DNA from: an uncultured Dehalococcoidales bacterium
GTDB lineage: Bacteria > Chloroflexota > Dehalococcoidia > E44-bin15
Assembly (NCBI GenBank): GCA_964443325.1
Contig: CAYUCL010000003.1
Coordinates: 100,519 to 164,518, forward strand
DNA: 64,000 nt
Direction of reading: 5' to 3'
Positions 37,292-46,956 of the stretch are shown piece after piece (position 1 is the stretch's first letter; each line of letters begins with the position of its first letter). The notes below the pieces were generated by a model. That model saw only the letters and a list, made by a program, of their open reading frames with translations, was not told where the DNA came from and made no database searches. Position numbers and translations under genes: made by a program.

Positions 37292-38200
37292 ATGAAAAGA
37301 GGTAAGCCTTTGAAGCTTAAGACATGGTTCTTAGAGACCAGGCCGCAGTTTCTGCTTCTTTCCGTGGTATTGGCATTTCTGGGTACATGTATTGCATGGC
37401 ACGATGGTGCCTTTCATCTTGGTTATGCGCTGCTCGCTTTCCTTGGGCTTCTGCTAGCCCACATCAGTGTCAATGTGCTCAACGATTATTTTGATTATAG
37501 AAGTGGGATAGACCTTGAAACAAAAAGAACGCCGTTTAGTGGCGGTAGTGGCATTCTGCCGGCAGCCCTGCTTAAGCCGAGGCAGGTCTTCTGGCTTGGC
37601 CTAGTCTCCTTCCTATTGGCAGCACTAATCGGTGTCTATTTCGTAGTAGCCATAGGTTGGCTCTTACTGCCATTACTTTTAATTGGTGCAGTATGTATAC
37701 TTCTTTATACCCCTTTGCTGACTAAACTGGGTTGGCCCGAATGGGCTCCCGGGTTGGGAATGGGGGCGTTGCCGGTTCTGGGGACTTACTTCATTCAGAC
37801 CGGTGACTACACCCTGCCAGCGGTAATTGCTGCGATACCCTCTGGCATTCTGGTGCATAACCTGCTTCTGCTGAACGAGTTTCCCGATACCGAGGCTGAT
37901 AAGAAGGCCGGTAGAAAAACGCTGCCGATTACTATAGGGAAGGCAAAGGCAGGCATAGTCTATTCAGCGCTGACTGTCGCCGTCTATCTCTGGATAATTG
38001 GTAGTGTTATCGCCGAGCAAATGCCGGTCTTCACATTGATAGCGTTATTGACGCTCCCCTTCGCCATAAAGGCGATTCGGGGTGCCTTAAAGCCACAGGA
38101 AATGGCCAAGCTGATACCAGCGATGGCAAATAATGTCCTGGTTATCCTGCTAACCCAGTTGCTGTTGGGCATTGGCTATCTTCTGGCACATATTATATGA
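37292..38200 (+). CDS. UbiA-family prenyltransferase, MenA-like
   Basis: ETRPQFL, NDYFDYRSGID, NEFPDTEADKKAGRKTL; multiple TM helices. Confidence 0.85.
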   Translation: MKRGKPLKLKTWFLETRPQFLLLSVVLAFLGTCIAWHDGAFHLGYALLAFLGLLLAHISVNVLNDYFDYRSGIDLETKRTPFSGGSGILPAALLKPRQVFWLGLVSFLLAALIGVYFVVAIGWLLLPLLLIGAVCILLYTPLLTKLGWPEWAPGLGMGALPVLGTYFIQTGDYTLPAVIAAIPSGILVHNLLLLNEFPDTEADKKAGRKTLPITIGKAKAGIVYSALTVAVYLWIIGSVIAEQMPVFTLIALLTLPFAIKAIRGALKPQEMAKLIPAMANNVLVILLTQLLLGIGYLLAHII

Positions 38201-38249
38201 TCAAGAATTATAGTATTAGCTGTGACTAGTTTCCGTTGAGGTGATAGGT

Positions 38250-39956
38250 ATGTCTGTTGATCTGGTTTTATTGCATCCGCCAAGTGTGTACGATTTTCGG
38301 CAAAAAACCATCCTTTACGGACCGGTTGGCGACCTTATTCCGCCATCCCCTGTTTTCGAGATGTACCCAATAGGCTTTACCAGCATTGCCGAATACCTGA
38401 AGCGCTCCGGCTATCAGGTGCGCATTATCAACCTTGCGGTGCGGATGCTGAATGATAGAAGCTTCAACGCTGAGGCAGTGATAAAGCGCCTTAGGTCACC
38501 AGTTTTTGGCATCGATTTGCACTGGCTGGTCCATTCTCATGGTGCGATTGAGCTGGCGCAATTGGTGAAACGGCACCATCCCAATGCCAAGGTCGTGGTA
38601 GGGGGATTTTCCGCTTCTTACTACTATCAGGAGCTAATGGAGTACCCTGAGATAGACTATGTAATGAGAGGTGACTCGACTGAGGAGCCTTTGCGACAGT
38701 TAATGGACTGCATAAAGATGGGGGCAGAGCCAGAGGCAGTTCCCAATCTTGTCTGGCGAGATAGCCAGGGCAGAACCCGAGAAAATCCCTTTTCCCATGT
38801 TCCTGCTGACCTTAGTGAGGTAATGGTCAACCATTATTCCAATGTTGTTCGCTCGGTGATTAGATACCGTGATCTTGCCAGCTATGTTCCGTTTAGCAAC
38901 TGGGCAAAATATCCAATTACCGCTGTGTTTACCTGCCGTGGTTGCACCCAAAATTGTGCCATTTGTGGTGGTTCTTCTTCAGCCTTCCGCCAGTTCTATA
39001 ATCGAGATAGGACTGTTTTTCGCTCCCCTCAATCGGTGGTTGAAGATGTAAGACAAATCGAGCGTTTCAGCAGTGGCCCCATCTTCATCCTCGGTGACCT
39101 GCAGCAAGCGGGCAATAACTATGCTTATGAGGTTTTGAAATTGCTCCATATGAATAAGGCGAAGAATCAATTCATCCTAGAGCTATTCTCCCCAGCGCCA
39201 ACGGAGCTTCTAACCCAGATGGGTCTATCCTGTCCTAAATTCTGCTTGGAGATTTCTCCTGAATCTCACGACCCTGAGGTGAGAAAGGCTGCTGGCAGAC
39301 ACTATTCCAATGCAGAGCTGGAGCGAACGTTGAGCGATGCCCTTGATGCCGATTGCGGGCGATTAGACATCTTCTTTATGATCGGGCTGCCGAGGCAGAC
39401 CCAGCAATCGGTAATGGATACCATTGACTATTGCGACTATTTATTCCAGAAATTTAGGGGAGATAAGCGGCTTTCCCTTTTCATTGCCCCACTATCACCC
39501 TTCCTTGATCCTGGTAGTCTCGCCTTCGAGCAACCAGAGCGCTACGGTTACCACATCCGGTTTCGCACGCTTAAGGAGCATCGCCAGGCGCTACTTTCAC
39601 CAAGCTGGAAATACTCCCTGAACTACGAAACGGAATGGATGACCCGCCACCAAATTGCTGACGCTGCCTACGAAGCCATACTGCGCCTTAACCGTTTGAA
39701 AGCTAAGTATGGCATTATCTCGAAACAACTGGCAGAGGCTGGAGAACGACGCATTACAGCGGCTCGGGAGATGATGCAATGCATGGACGATATGCTGGCT
39801 TGCGGTAACCTTGAGGAGGAACTGCCTCACTTGAAACCAAGAATAGACGAGATAAATATGTTTCCAGTGAGTGAAAAGGCACAGTTGGAACTACCTGTGG
39901 GGCGCATTAAGCTAAAACCCTGGCGCACTATATGGTCACTGGCGACTGGGCGATGA
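38250..39956 (+). CDS. B12-binding domain radical SAM protein (resembles the TIGR04190/Ta0216 family)
   Basis: LLHPPSVYDFR..SPVFEMYPIGF N-terminus, GIDLHW..H cobalamin-binding region, CTQNCAIC (CxxxCxxC), FFMIGLP, PFLDPGS. Confidence 0.8.
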   Translation: MSVDLVLLHPPSVYDFRQKTILYGPVGDLIPPSPVFEMYPIGFTSIAEYLKRSGYQVRIINLAVRMLNDRSFNAEAVIKRLRSPVFGIDLHWLVHSHGAIELAQLVKRHHPNAKVVVGGFSASYYYQELMEYPEIDYVMRGDSTEEPLRQLMDCIKMGAEPEAVPNLVWRDSQGRTRENPFSHVPADLSEVMVNHYSNVVRSVIRYRDLASYVPFSNWAKYPITAVFTCRGCTQNCAICGGSSSAFRQFYNRDRTVFRSPQSVVEDVRQIERFSSGPIFILGDLQQAGNNYAYEVLKLLHMNKAKNQFILELFSPAPTELLTQMGLSCPKFCLEISPESHDPEVRKAAGRHYSNAELERTLSDALDADCGRLDIFFMIGLPRQTQQSVMDTIDYCDYLFQKFRGDKRLSLFIAPLSPFLDPGSLAFEQPERYGYHIRFRTLKEHRQALLSPSWKYSLNYETEWMTRHQIADAAYEAILRLNRLKAKYGIISKQLAEAGERRITAAREMMQCMDDMLACGNLEEELPHLKPRIDEINMFPVSEKAQLELPVGRIKLKPWRTIWSLATGR

Positions 39957-40271
39957 TTATTCCACCACCACTGCTGTACCATAGACCAGGATCTCTGCAG
40001 CACCGCTCATCACCATCGAGGTCATGAGCCTGGTATCCAAGACGGCATTGGCACCCATCCCTTCCGCCTGCTCCACCATCCGGTGAATAGCCTCTTCCCT
40101 AGCCTCAGCCAAAAGTTTGGTGTATTCACTGATTTCCCCGCCGACTATACTGCGAAATCCGGCAGTCAAATCTCTTCCTAAATGTCTTGCCCTGATAGTG
40201 CTGCCTTTCACCATGCCCAGGGTTTTAGTAAGCTTCTTCCCCTCTATGTGGTCTGAAGTTACAACGATCAA
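39957..40271 (-). CDS. YbjQ/UPF0145 family protein
   Basis: GSTIRARHLGRD, GGEISEY, GANAV, YGTAV. Confidence 0.9.
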   Translation of the reverse strand: MIVVTSDHIEGKKLTKTLGMVKGSTIRARHLGRDLTAGFRSIVGGEISEYTKLLAEAREEAIHRMVEQAEGMGANAVLDTRLMTSMVMSGAAEILVYGTAVVVE

Positions 40272-40498
40272 TGTTTGACTTTCTTTATATGTTTCGGTTC
40301 CTTTTTCTTACTCCGGAAGCGATCTATGACAACATATTCCAGGAGCCCGACAAAGCCTACAATAATAAGCCCCATCAATACCTTCCACCATATGTAGACA
40401 TCGGGGCGGTCAAGAAAAAAGGCCTTTAACGCATAACCTATAAGCACCACTACACCGACTCCAATCAATATCCAGCATACATATTGCCATAGTTTCAT
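40268..40498 (-). CDS. Small two-TM membrane protein
   Basis: Two hydrophobic helices; coupled to the YbjQ gene by a 4-nt overlap. Confidence 0.6.
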   Translation of the reverse strand: MKLWQYVCWILIGVGVVVLIGYALKAFFLDRPDVYIWWKVLMGLIIVGFVGLLEYVVIDRFRSKKKEPKHIKKVKH

Positions 40499-40502
40499 AA
40501 TC

Positions 40503-42026
40503 TTACCTCCTGTACCTCCAGATAGTCCCCTTATCGGTATCCTCAAGTATTATACCAAGTTCTGCAAGATTTTGTCTAATTTTATCAGAAAAGTCAAATT
40601 TTTTGCAAGCCCTCAGTTTTTCTCTGGTTTCCACCAACAATGAGATTATGGCTTCGGCGCCTGCCTGGGACATCTGCTCAACGACAGTCCCACCGGTCCC
40701 AAAGACCTCCGCTGCCAAGTCTGGAGCGACACTGCTCAACTTGGCATGGACTTCATTCAATAGCTGCGTGAAAGGCTCAACGTCAAGATGGACTTCTGCC
40801 TCCTGCAAGGTCAAGCCCAGCACACTAGCGAGCTCGTTGAGCATTCTCTGAGCCTCATCTATAGCTGAGCCCTCCTCGGCAGCTCGATTCATCTCCCTCG
40901 CCAGATCGAAGAGAGCGGCGATGGCCTGAGCAGTATTGAAATCGTCATCCATCGCCTCCATGAACCTTTCACGATATGGCGCAACCTCAACCGCCATCCC
41001 CGATGAGTCAGGGCTCTCCCGATGCGCCGCAAGGCATAGCCTTTCCAACCCTTTCCCCGCTGCTTCCAGCCCCTCCTCACTATAGGTGATAGGGCTTCGA
41101 TAATGGGAGCTCAACACGAAAAGCCGTAAAGCATCAGCACTCCAGCGCTCAAGAGCCTCTTTAACAGTGATCAAATTGCCCAGTGATTTGCTCATCTTCT
41201 CTTCGCCAAGCTGCACCAGCCCATTATGCAGCCAGTACTTAGCAAAGGGAGCAGAGCCGGTAAATGCCTCCGATTGAGCGATCTCGTTCTCATGATGAGG
41301 GAAAACGAGATCTTGCCCTCCACCGTGAATATCAACGGTATCGCCCAGGTATTTCAAGCACATAGCGCTACACTCAATATGCCAGCCAGGTCTTCCCAGC
41401 CCCCAGGGGCTTTCCCAAGAAGGCTCACCAGGTTTAGCCCCCTTCCACAGAGTGAAGTCCAAAAGACTTTCTTTGTCCTCCTGTGGTTTCTCACCCTCTT
41501 CACCTGCCCGCCGCTCCTCGCTGTCGCCAGCATCAATGTAGCACTTTTGCCATGAGCCAGGCCGTCCACTGAGTTTTCCATACTGCGGAAAGCTTGCCAC
41601 TCGAAAATAAACATCGCTTCCAGCCTGATAAGCATGCCCCTTTTCGATTAATCCTTCGACTACCTCGATAATTTTAGGGACCTCCTCCGTAGCCCTAGGA
41701 TAAATGGCTGCCCTCTTTACATTCAACGCATCCATATCAACAAAGTACTGGGTGATGAATCCCTCGGCAAGCTCCCTGGCTGAAACCCCCAGTTGATTTG
41801 AGCGAGCTATAATCTTGTCATCGACATCGGTGAAGTTCTGTACATACTTCACCCTATAGCCACGAAACTCGAGATAGCGCCTGATGACATCAAAAACGAT
41901 ATAGCTCATGGCATGCCCAATGTGACACTCACTATAGGGCGTAACCCCGCAAACGTACATCTTTATCGGGTCGCCCTCAGGCACAAACTCCTCTTTTCGA
42001 CCCGAAAGGGTGTTGAAGACTCTCAT
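40503..42026 (-). CDS. cysS: Cysteinyl-tRNA synthetase
   Basis: [38 protein letters not shown]. Confidence 0.97.
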   Translation of the reverse strand: MRVFNTLSGRKEEFVPEGDPIKMYVCGVTPYSECHIGHAMSYIVFDVIRRYLEFRGYRVKYVQNFTDVDDKIIARSNQLGVSARELAEGFITQYFVDMDALNVKRAAIYPRATEEVPKIIEVVEGLIEKGHAYQAGSDVYFRVASFPQYGKLSGRPGSWQKCYIDAGDSEERRAGEEGEKPQEDKESLLDFTLWKGAKPGEPSWESPWGLGRPGWHIECSAMCLKYLGDTVDIHGGGQDLVFPHHENEIAQSEAFTGSAPFAKYWLHNGLVQLGEEKMSKSLGNLITVKEALERWSADALRLFVLSSHYRSPITYSEEGLEAAGKGLERLCLAAHRESPDSSGMAVEVAPYRERFMEAMDDDFNTAQAIAALFDLAREMNRAAEEGSAIDEAQRMLNELASVLGLTLQEAEVHLDVEPFTQLLNEVHAKLSSVAPDLAAEVFGTGGTVVEQMSQAGAEAIISLLVETREKLRACKKFDFSDKIRQNLAELGIILEDTDKGTIWRYRR

Positions 42027-42027
42027 T

Positions 42028-42501
42028 CTACCGCCTTTCGATCAAAGCTACCGCATGGGCAGCGATGCCTTCTCCTCTGCCTAAAAAGCCAAGCGTCGCC
42101 GAGGTAGTCGCCTTAACCGAAACCTGCTCTTTGGCGATGTCTAGGGCATCGCTGATATTGCGCCGCATTTCATCGATGTGGGCAGACAGCTTAGGCTCTT
42201 CGGCAATAATCGTGGCATCGATGTTTCCTACAACAAAGCCCTGAACATGAATCATATCTCGAACACGCTTTAGAAGCAATATGCTGGAGATACCTTCATA
42301 CTGAGGATCAGTATCGGGAAAGTGGGTGCCAATGTCCTCCAAAGCGGCGGCGCCCAATAGGGCATCGATAACGGCATGCACTAATACATCGGCATCGCTG
42401 TGGCCCAACAGACCACGCTCAAAGGGTACCTTCACTCCCCCAAGAACAAGGGGACGCCCCTCAACTAAAGCATGGACATCATATCCAATTCCAATACGCA
42501 T
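42028..42501 (-). CDS. ispF: 2-C-methyl-D-erythritol 2,4-cyclodiphosphate synthase
   Basis: [28 protein letters not shown]. Confidence 0.97.
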   Translation of the reverse strand: MRIGIGYDVHALVEGRPLVLGGVKVPFERGLLGHSDADVLVHAVIDALLGAAALEDIGTHFPDTDPQYEGISSILLLKRVRDMIHVQGFVVGNIDATIIAEEPKLSAHIDEMRRNISDALDIAKEQVSVKATTSATLGFLGRGEGIAAHAVALIERR

Positions 42502-42541
42502 TCTTCGTACTTTTCTTTAAAAATATATCCGCTTCCGTCCT

Positions 42542-42678
42542 CCCTGATCTTGTCGAAGGGCTCGCCACTAACGGTATCTAGCATAACCTATTTGCAACCT
42601 GCTTTGCAGCCATGATTCGTTTGTTGGCGGTCGCCTAAATGTGTTTGTCCCTGTTGACTGTGCAATTGCGCATGAATG
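42542..42678. repeat. Dispersed repeat (CCTGA-CTTGTCGAAGGG family), diverged copy
   Basis: Shares CCTGA..GTCGAAGGGCTC.CCAC.AACGGTATCT.GCA.A.CCTATTT, CATGATTC and GCAATTGC.CATGAATG with 54919-55054. Confidence 0.7.
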
Positions 42679-42748
42679 CCCACCGCTACATATTCACCAA
42701 AGGCCCCTTTCCATTCGCAAGGCAAAAAGGGAGCAAGAAATCGATTTC

Positions 42749-43429
42749 CTAGCCTCGTTGCCTGCTTTTTAGGATAGCCTCTGCTAACAAGAGGTCATCC
42801 GGGGTTGTCACCTTAATATTGGCATCAGAACCTGGGTAGACCTTAACCTGATAATTTAGATTTTCAACCAGAGTAGCATCGTCTGTGGCGTAACCCTGAG
42901 CTTTTTGATAGGCTTCATTTATTATGTCAACCCGAAACACCTGAGGAGTCTGGGCAGCCCAAAGGCCCTGGCGAGGTGGCGTCTCCTCGACGAAGGAGCC
43001 TGGAGAAACAACCTTGATAGTATCAGCAACCGGTATAGCAGCAATAGCAGCGCCACACTGGCTAGCCTCCTTAATCCCTGCTTCAATTAAATCTACACTG
43101 ATGCAAGGGCGAGCTCCGTCATGTATCACCACCCATTGGCAGCCAGAGAGGTTCTTAAGCCCCTCTTTCACCGAATCCTGTCGTCGAGCCCCGCCTCGGC
43201 ACACTACACCCACCTTAGACCAGTGATACTCCTCCACCAGTCTCCTCCCCACAGTAAGATTATCCTCGCTTAATACAATAACCACCTGATCAATAGAGGA
43301 ACAATTTTGAAAGACATCAACTGCATGAGCGAGGAGGGGCTTGCCGGCTATTTTGGCGAAGACCTTATCTACCCCTCTCATTCGCCTACTTTTACCAGCG
43401 GCAACAATGACGGCACCAACCTTACCCAT
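42749..43429 (-). CDS. ispD: 2-C-methyl-D-erythritol 4-phosphate cytidylyltransferase
   Basis: VAAGKSRRM, GGARRQDSV, IHDGARP, QTPQ, TDDA, NIKVTT. Confidence 0.96.
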   Translation of the reverse strand: MGKVGAVIVAAGKSRRMRGVDKVFAKIAGKPLLAHAVDVFQNCSSIDQVVIVLSEDNLTVGRRLVEEYHWSKVGVVCRGGARRQDSVKEGLKNLSGCQWVVIHDGARPCISVDLIEAGIKEASQCGAAIAAIPVADTIKVVSPGSFVEETPPRQGLWAAQTPQVFRVDIINEAYQKAQGYATDDATLVENLNYQVKVYPGSDANIKVTTPDDLLLAEAILKSRQRG

Positions 43430-43432
43430 TCG

Positions 43433-44335
43433 TCACTCCGCTCTAGTGTGAGCGAAGATCATCCGTCCCGCCGCCGTTTGCAGAACCCTCGTAACCACCA
43501 CTTCAATGCTACTGTTAATGTAACGCCGCCCATCTTCTACCACAACCATGGTTCCATCGTCGAGGAAGCCGATACCCTGCCCAAACTCCTTTCCCTCCTG
43601 TATGACACGAACTTCCATCTCCTCGCCAGGAAGGACAACTGGTTTTAGAGCATTGGCCAATTCATTAATATTAAGCACCTGTACCCCCTGGAGCTCAGCA
43701 ACCCGATTCAGATTGAAGTCATTAGTAATGATAGCGCAACCGAGAACCTTGGCCAGTCTCACCAACTTAGCATCAACATCTGGAACATCCTCGAAGTCAA
43801 TCTCAGAGATATCCATGGGAATATCCGACTCTTTCTGTAATTTGGTTAGCATCTCCAGACCTCTGCGCCCCCGTGCGCGCCGTACCGAATCATAAGAATC
43901 AGCGACGTGCTGCAATTCATTAAGAATAAATCTGGGGATAATCAATGACCCAGGGACAAATCCAGTCCGACTTATATCAGCGATGCGCCCATCAATAAGA
44001 ACGCTAGTATCGACAACGACCTGCCCGTTGTGAGGCATTCTCCTACCCTTGCCGCCAAGCCGCTCAGACACAGAGATACCAAACACCTGGAACAGGTCTC
44101 TTGCTCGCATTACCGTAACGGAGGTAATAACCAAGCACAGGAGGATAGCGACTGCAATCGGGGCAAGCATTCCCCATAACCCGGGAAGCATGGAAAGAGG
44201 AAATGCCATAAGCGCTGAAATCAACAGGGCAATTACCAAACCCCCGATTATAGCAACAAAAACATGTATAGGAACTTTCCGGAGCCACATAAGACCCCAA
44301 CCACCAGAGGAACTCATTGCTTCCTCCTCCCCCAC
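43433..44335 (-). CDS. PIN/TRAM domain membrane protein (YacL family)
   Basis: [49 protein letters not shown]; conserved yacL-ispD-ispF-cysS order. Confidence 0.9.
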   Translation of the reverse strand: MGEEEAMSSSGGWGLMWLRKVPIHVFVAIIGGLVIALLISALMAFPLSMLPGLWGMLAPIAVAILLCLVITSVTVMRARDLFQVFGISVSERLGGKGRRMPHNGQVVVDTSVLIDGRIADISRTGFVPGSLIIPRFILNELQHVADSYDSVRRARGRRGLEMLTKLQKESDIPMDISEIDFEDVPDVDAKLVRLAKVLGCAIITNDFNLNRVAELQGVQVLNINELANALKPVVLPGEEMEVRVIQEGKEFGQGIGFLDDGTMVVVEDGRRYINSSIEVVVTRVLQTAAGRMIFAHTRAE

Positions 44336-44729
44336 CCCCCGAGCAAAAGAGGAGCATTCTGAGGAATAATTAAAGAGAGCTTCTAATCTATTTTTGTATG
44401 AATTATGATTATAACTAAAAGCCCCTCGCCTTATTTGCCGGGAGGTAGCTTAAACTTTCTCAAACGGTAGCTTAGCACAAAAAAGGTAATATGTCAAAGA
44501 ACCGCTAACATCTTATCACTCATACTCTTTTCCCCCACATGTGATGCTCTTGATTGAGCTTACCAGAGTTTCCCATAAGGCTGATGGGCCCTACTTTTTC
44601 TCTATTAGAGCATGAATGAAGTGAACGCCGCTTTTTTCAGAGATGCGCTAATACTATCTATAGAGGGATTATCATAGTATGTTATACTGTAGCACTCAAA
44701 GTTTAATAACTTGAAAAAAGGGAGGGGCT

Positions 44730-45329
44730 ATGACTTATCAATATGGGACAAAAGAATGGGACGAAGCGTATGCCAAGCTAGTTGAAGAAAGAAAGAGAGC
44801 AGAAACAAAGCCATACATATTGTTTACGCCAGAGTGGGTTTCGGAATTTGAAAAAAAGATTCAGGAAAGCGACGAATACAAACAACTAGCTGCAAAATGG
44901 GAGGGTTCAGTTGTCCTGCTTATTTCAGCTGATCCTGAAGCAGGGATAATAGAAGATCTCTATGCCTTTATGTCTCTCTGGCATGGGGAGTGCGAGTTCG
45001 CTAGGCTCGTCCCCCAAGAGGCAGGTGAAAAGGCAGATTATATTCTTCAGGGTGGATATAAAATATGGAAGAATGTAATAAAGGAAAACCCAGAAACAAA
45101 AAAGAGGCTTGATGTGGTAAAGGCTATGATGACACCTACACCTTCAAATCCTTATATAAAGGTGGCAAAAGGAGATGTAGCAAAGCTTCTCTTAGCCGCT
45201 CCGGCCGCCATAAAATTAGTAAAACTATCAATAGAGGTAGACCTAGTGTGTCCAGATGAACTAAGCCCAGAGAGACGCGAGTCATTAAAAGCTCTACTTA
45301 AAGAACTGAGATCCGAATTTGGAATATAA
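44730..45329 (+). CDS. SCP2 sterol/lipid-binding-domain protein
   Basis: LFTPEWV..Y..AAKWEG..LWHGEC..ADY...GGYKIWK pattern; GGGAGGG SD. Confidence 0.6.
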   Translation: MTYQYGTKEWDEAYAKLVEERKRAETKPYILFTPEWVSEFEKKIQESDEYKQLAAKWEGSVVLLISADPEAGIIEDLYAFMSLWHGECEFARLVPQEAGEKADYILQGGYKIWKNVIKENPETKKRLDVVKAMMTPTPSNPYIKVAKGDVAKLLLAAPAAIKLVKLSIEVDLVCPDELSPERRESLKALLKELRSEFGI

Positions 45330-45421
45330 CGGAGAAGCTCCTTTCCTCTTCCAGCAGACCGCATTTCGAGCCAAGTTTCTGCCGCAACTTCAATTAATTA
45401 AAATTGCCACACTGATATATT

Positions 45422-45456
45422 TGATATAATCTTCATATGCCACAACTTGGCATATG
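45422..45456 (+). promoter_or_regulatory. Extended -10 promoter followed by a perfect palindromic operator
   Basis: TG-A-TATAAT at 45422-30; CATATGCCA-N5-TGGCATATG at 45434-56. Confidence 0.65.
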
Positions 45457-45575
45457 CGCTACGGAGTGCAAATGCGGGCTGCTAGAATTCTTTGATCAAC
45501 GGGGGAAGAATTTCTGAAGAAGAAATCCCTTTGGCGTACGAGTAAGCGCCTTGAAAATTAGAAGGAGGTAGACTA

Positions 45576-46715
45576 ATGTGGTATTTTATTTCGCCAGACA
45601 TATTTTTCGGTGAAGATGCCCTAGAAAAACTGAGAGAAGTAGCAGGAAAGCGGGCTTTTATTGTCACTGATAAAGTTATGATGGAACTGGGATATGTTCA
45701 AAAAATTCAGAGTCTTCTGGATATGGAATCTGTCGTTTTTGATGAAGTAGAACCCGACCCATCTTATGAGACGGTTATAAAAGGCAAAGAGATGATTGCC
45801 AAAACTGAAAGTGATGTGATCATTGGCCTTGGTGGTGGTTCGCCAATGGATGCTGCTAAAACCATTAGAGTGCTCTATGAAATGCCAGAGCTAGAAATCG
45901 AAAATATTACTCCGTTTATTCCACTTAAAATCGGAAAAACAACCTTAATCCTGATTCCGACAACTTCTGGCACCGGGTCAGAAGCAACAACAGCCATCGT
46001 TCTAACAAAAAAAGATGAACAGAGGAAGACCCCAACCGTAAACATCAAGGCCGGAGCTGATATAGCCATTGTCGATCCATCTTTGGCCGAAGCTCTTCCC
46101 CCTAACGTGGCAGCCAATACCGGCATGGATGCCCTCTCCCATGCAATTGATGCATATATCTCTGAGTGGAAGAGTGATTTCGCTGATGGCTTAGCTATTA
46201 AAGCAGCTATAACGATCTTTCAATACCTGCCCCGAGCTTACAACGACAGAAATGATCGAGAAGCCAAAGAAAAAATGCATATTGCAGCTAGCATCGCTGG
46301 CCTAGCTTTTGGAAATTCTCAGGTCGGGCTTTCACATAGTCTGGGGCATTCCCTTGGAGCAGTTTTTCACCTACCCCATGGCCAAGCTTGTGGGATAAGT
46401 CTTCCCTATTCTCTTCAATTCGAGGCTAAAGAGCCTGAGGTTATGGATCTTCTCGTCGAATTTGCTTACTATCTTAGAATTGAAGATGTAGCAGCACTGG
46501 TTAAGAAAATATTTAATCTATTGACTGCGATCGATATTCCTCACTCTTTAAAAGAACTCGAAATCAGTAAGGAAGATTTTGAAGCTAGTCTAGATAAACT
46601 GACAGAAAACGCTGGCCAAGATGCCACAGCCGTAACTATTAAAAGGACTGCCAGCAATGAAGAATTTAGAAAGCTTTTTGAATGTATTTATGAAGGCAAA
46701 GAGGTAGATTTTTAA
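45576..46715 (+). CDS. Iron-containing (type III) alcohol dehydrogenase
   Basis: GLGGGSPMDAAK, PTTSGTGSE, GMDALSHAID, GLSHSLGH, HLPHG. Confidence 0.92.
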   Translation: MWYFISPDIFFGEDALEKLREVAGKRAFIVTDKVMMELGYVQKIQSLLDMESVVFDEVEPDPSYETVIKGKEMIAKTESDVIIGLGGGSPMDAAKTIRVLYEMPELEIENITPFIPLKIGKTTLILIPTTSGTGSEATTAIVLTKKDEQRKTPTVNIKAGADIAIVDPSLAEALPPNVAANTGMDALSHAIDAYISEWKSDFADGLAIKAAITIFQYLPRAYNDRNDREAKEKMHIAASIAGLAFGNSQVGLSHSLGHSLGAVFHLPHGQACGISLPYSLQFEAKEPEVMDLLVEFAYYLRIEDVAALVKKIFNLLTAIDIPHSLKELEISKEDFEASLDKLTENAGQDATAVTIKRTASNEEFRKLFECIYEGKEVDF

Positions 46716-46719
46716 TACC

Positions 46720-46741
46720 GCCGCAGCGGCTTTATTATTTT
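46720..46741 (+). terminator. Weak intrinsic terminator candidate
   Basis: GCCG-CAG-CGGC followed by a T-rich tract right after the stop codon. Confidence 0.35.
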
Positions 46742-46956
46742 AATGTATGTCGTGCTATATTGCAGTCCGTCGGGGCATAGCACTACTGGATTTGGCACAT
46801 TTACGACCTTCTCGTTATAATAAGTGCTAGAGGAATGCGGAAGTAGACCAATTATGCTACATTGCGTCCCTGTCTTCTGCTAAGGGTCACGCTTGACAGG
46901 ACTTCTTGTCCTGCAGTATTGTTTGGTCAATAGAAAGTGAATGGGAAGGGAGATAT

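Noticed and set aside
40503-42026. Insertions in CysS (after GKLSG and in the anticodon domain) and the C-x9-C spacing in PorD
   Set aside because: Catalytic motifs are intact; lineage-specific indels with no evidence of new function.
44444-44474. GGTAGCTTA direct repeat (22-bp period) upstream of the PIN/TRAM gene
   Set aside because: Does not match the CtsR heptad and has no second instance; may be chance.
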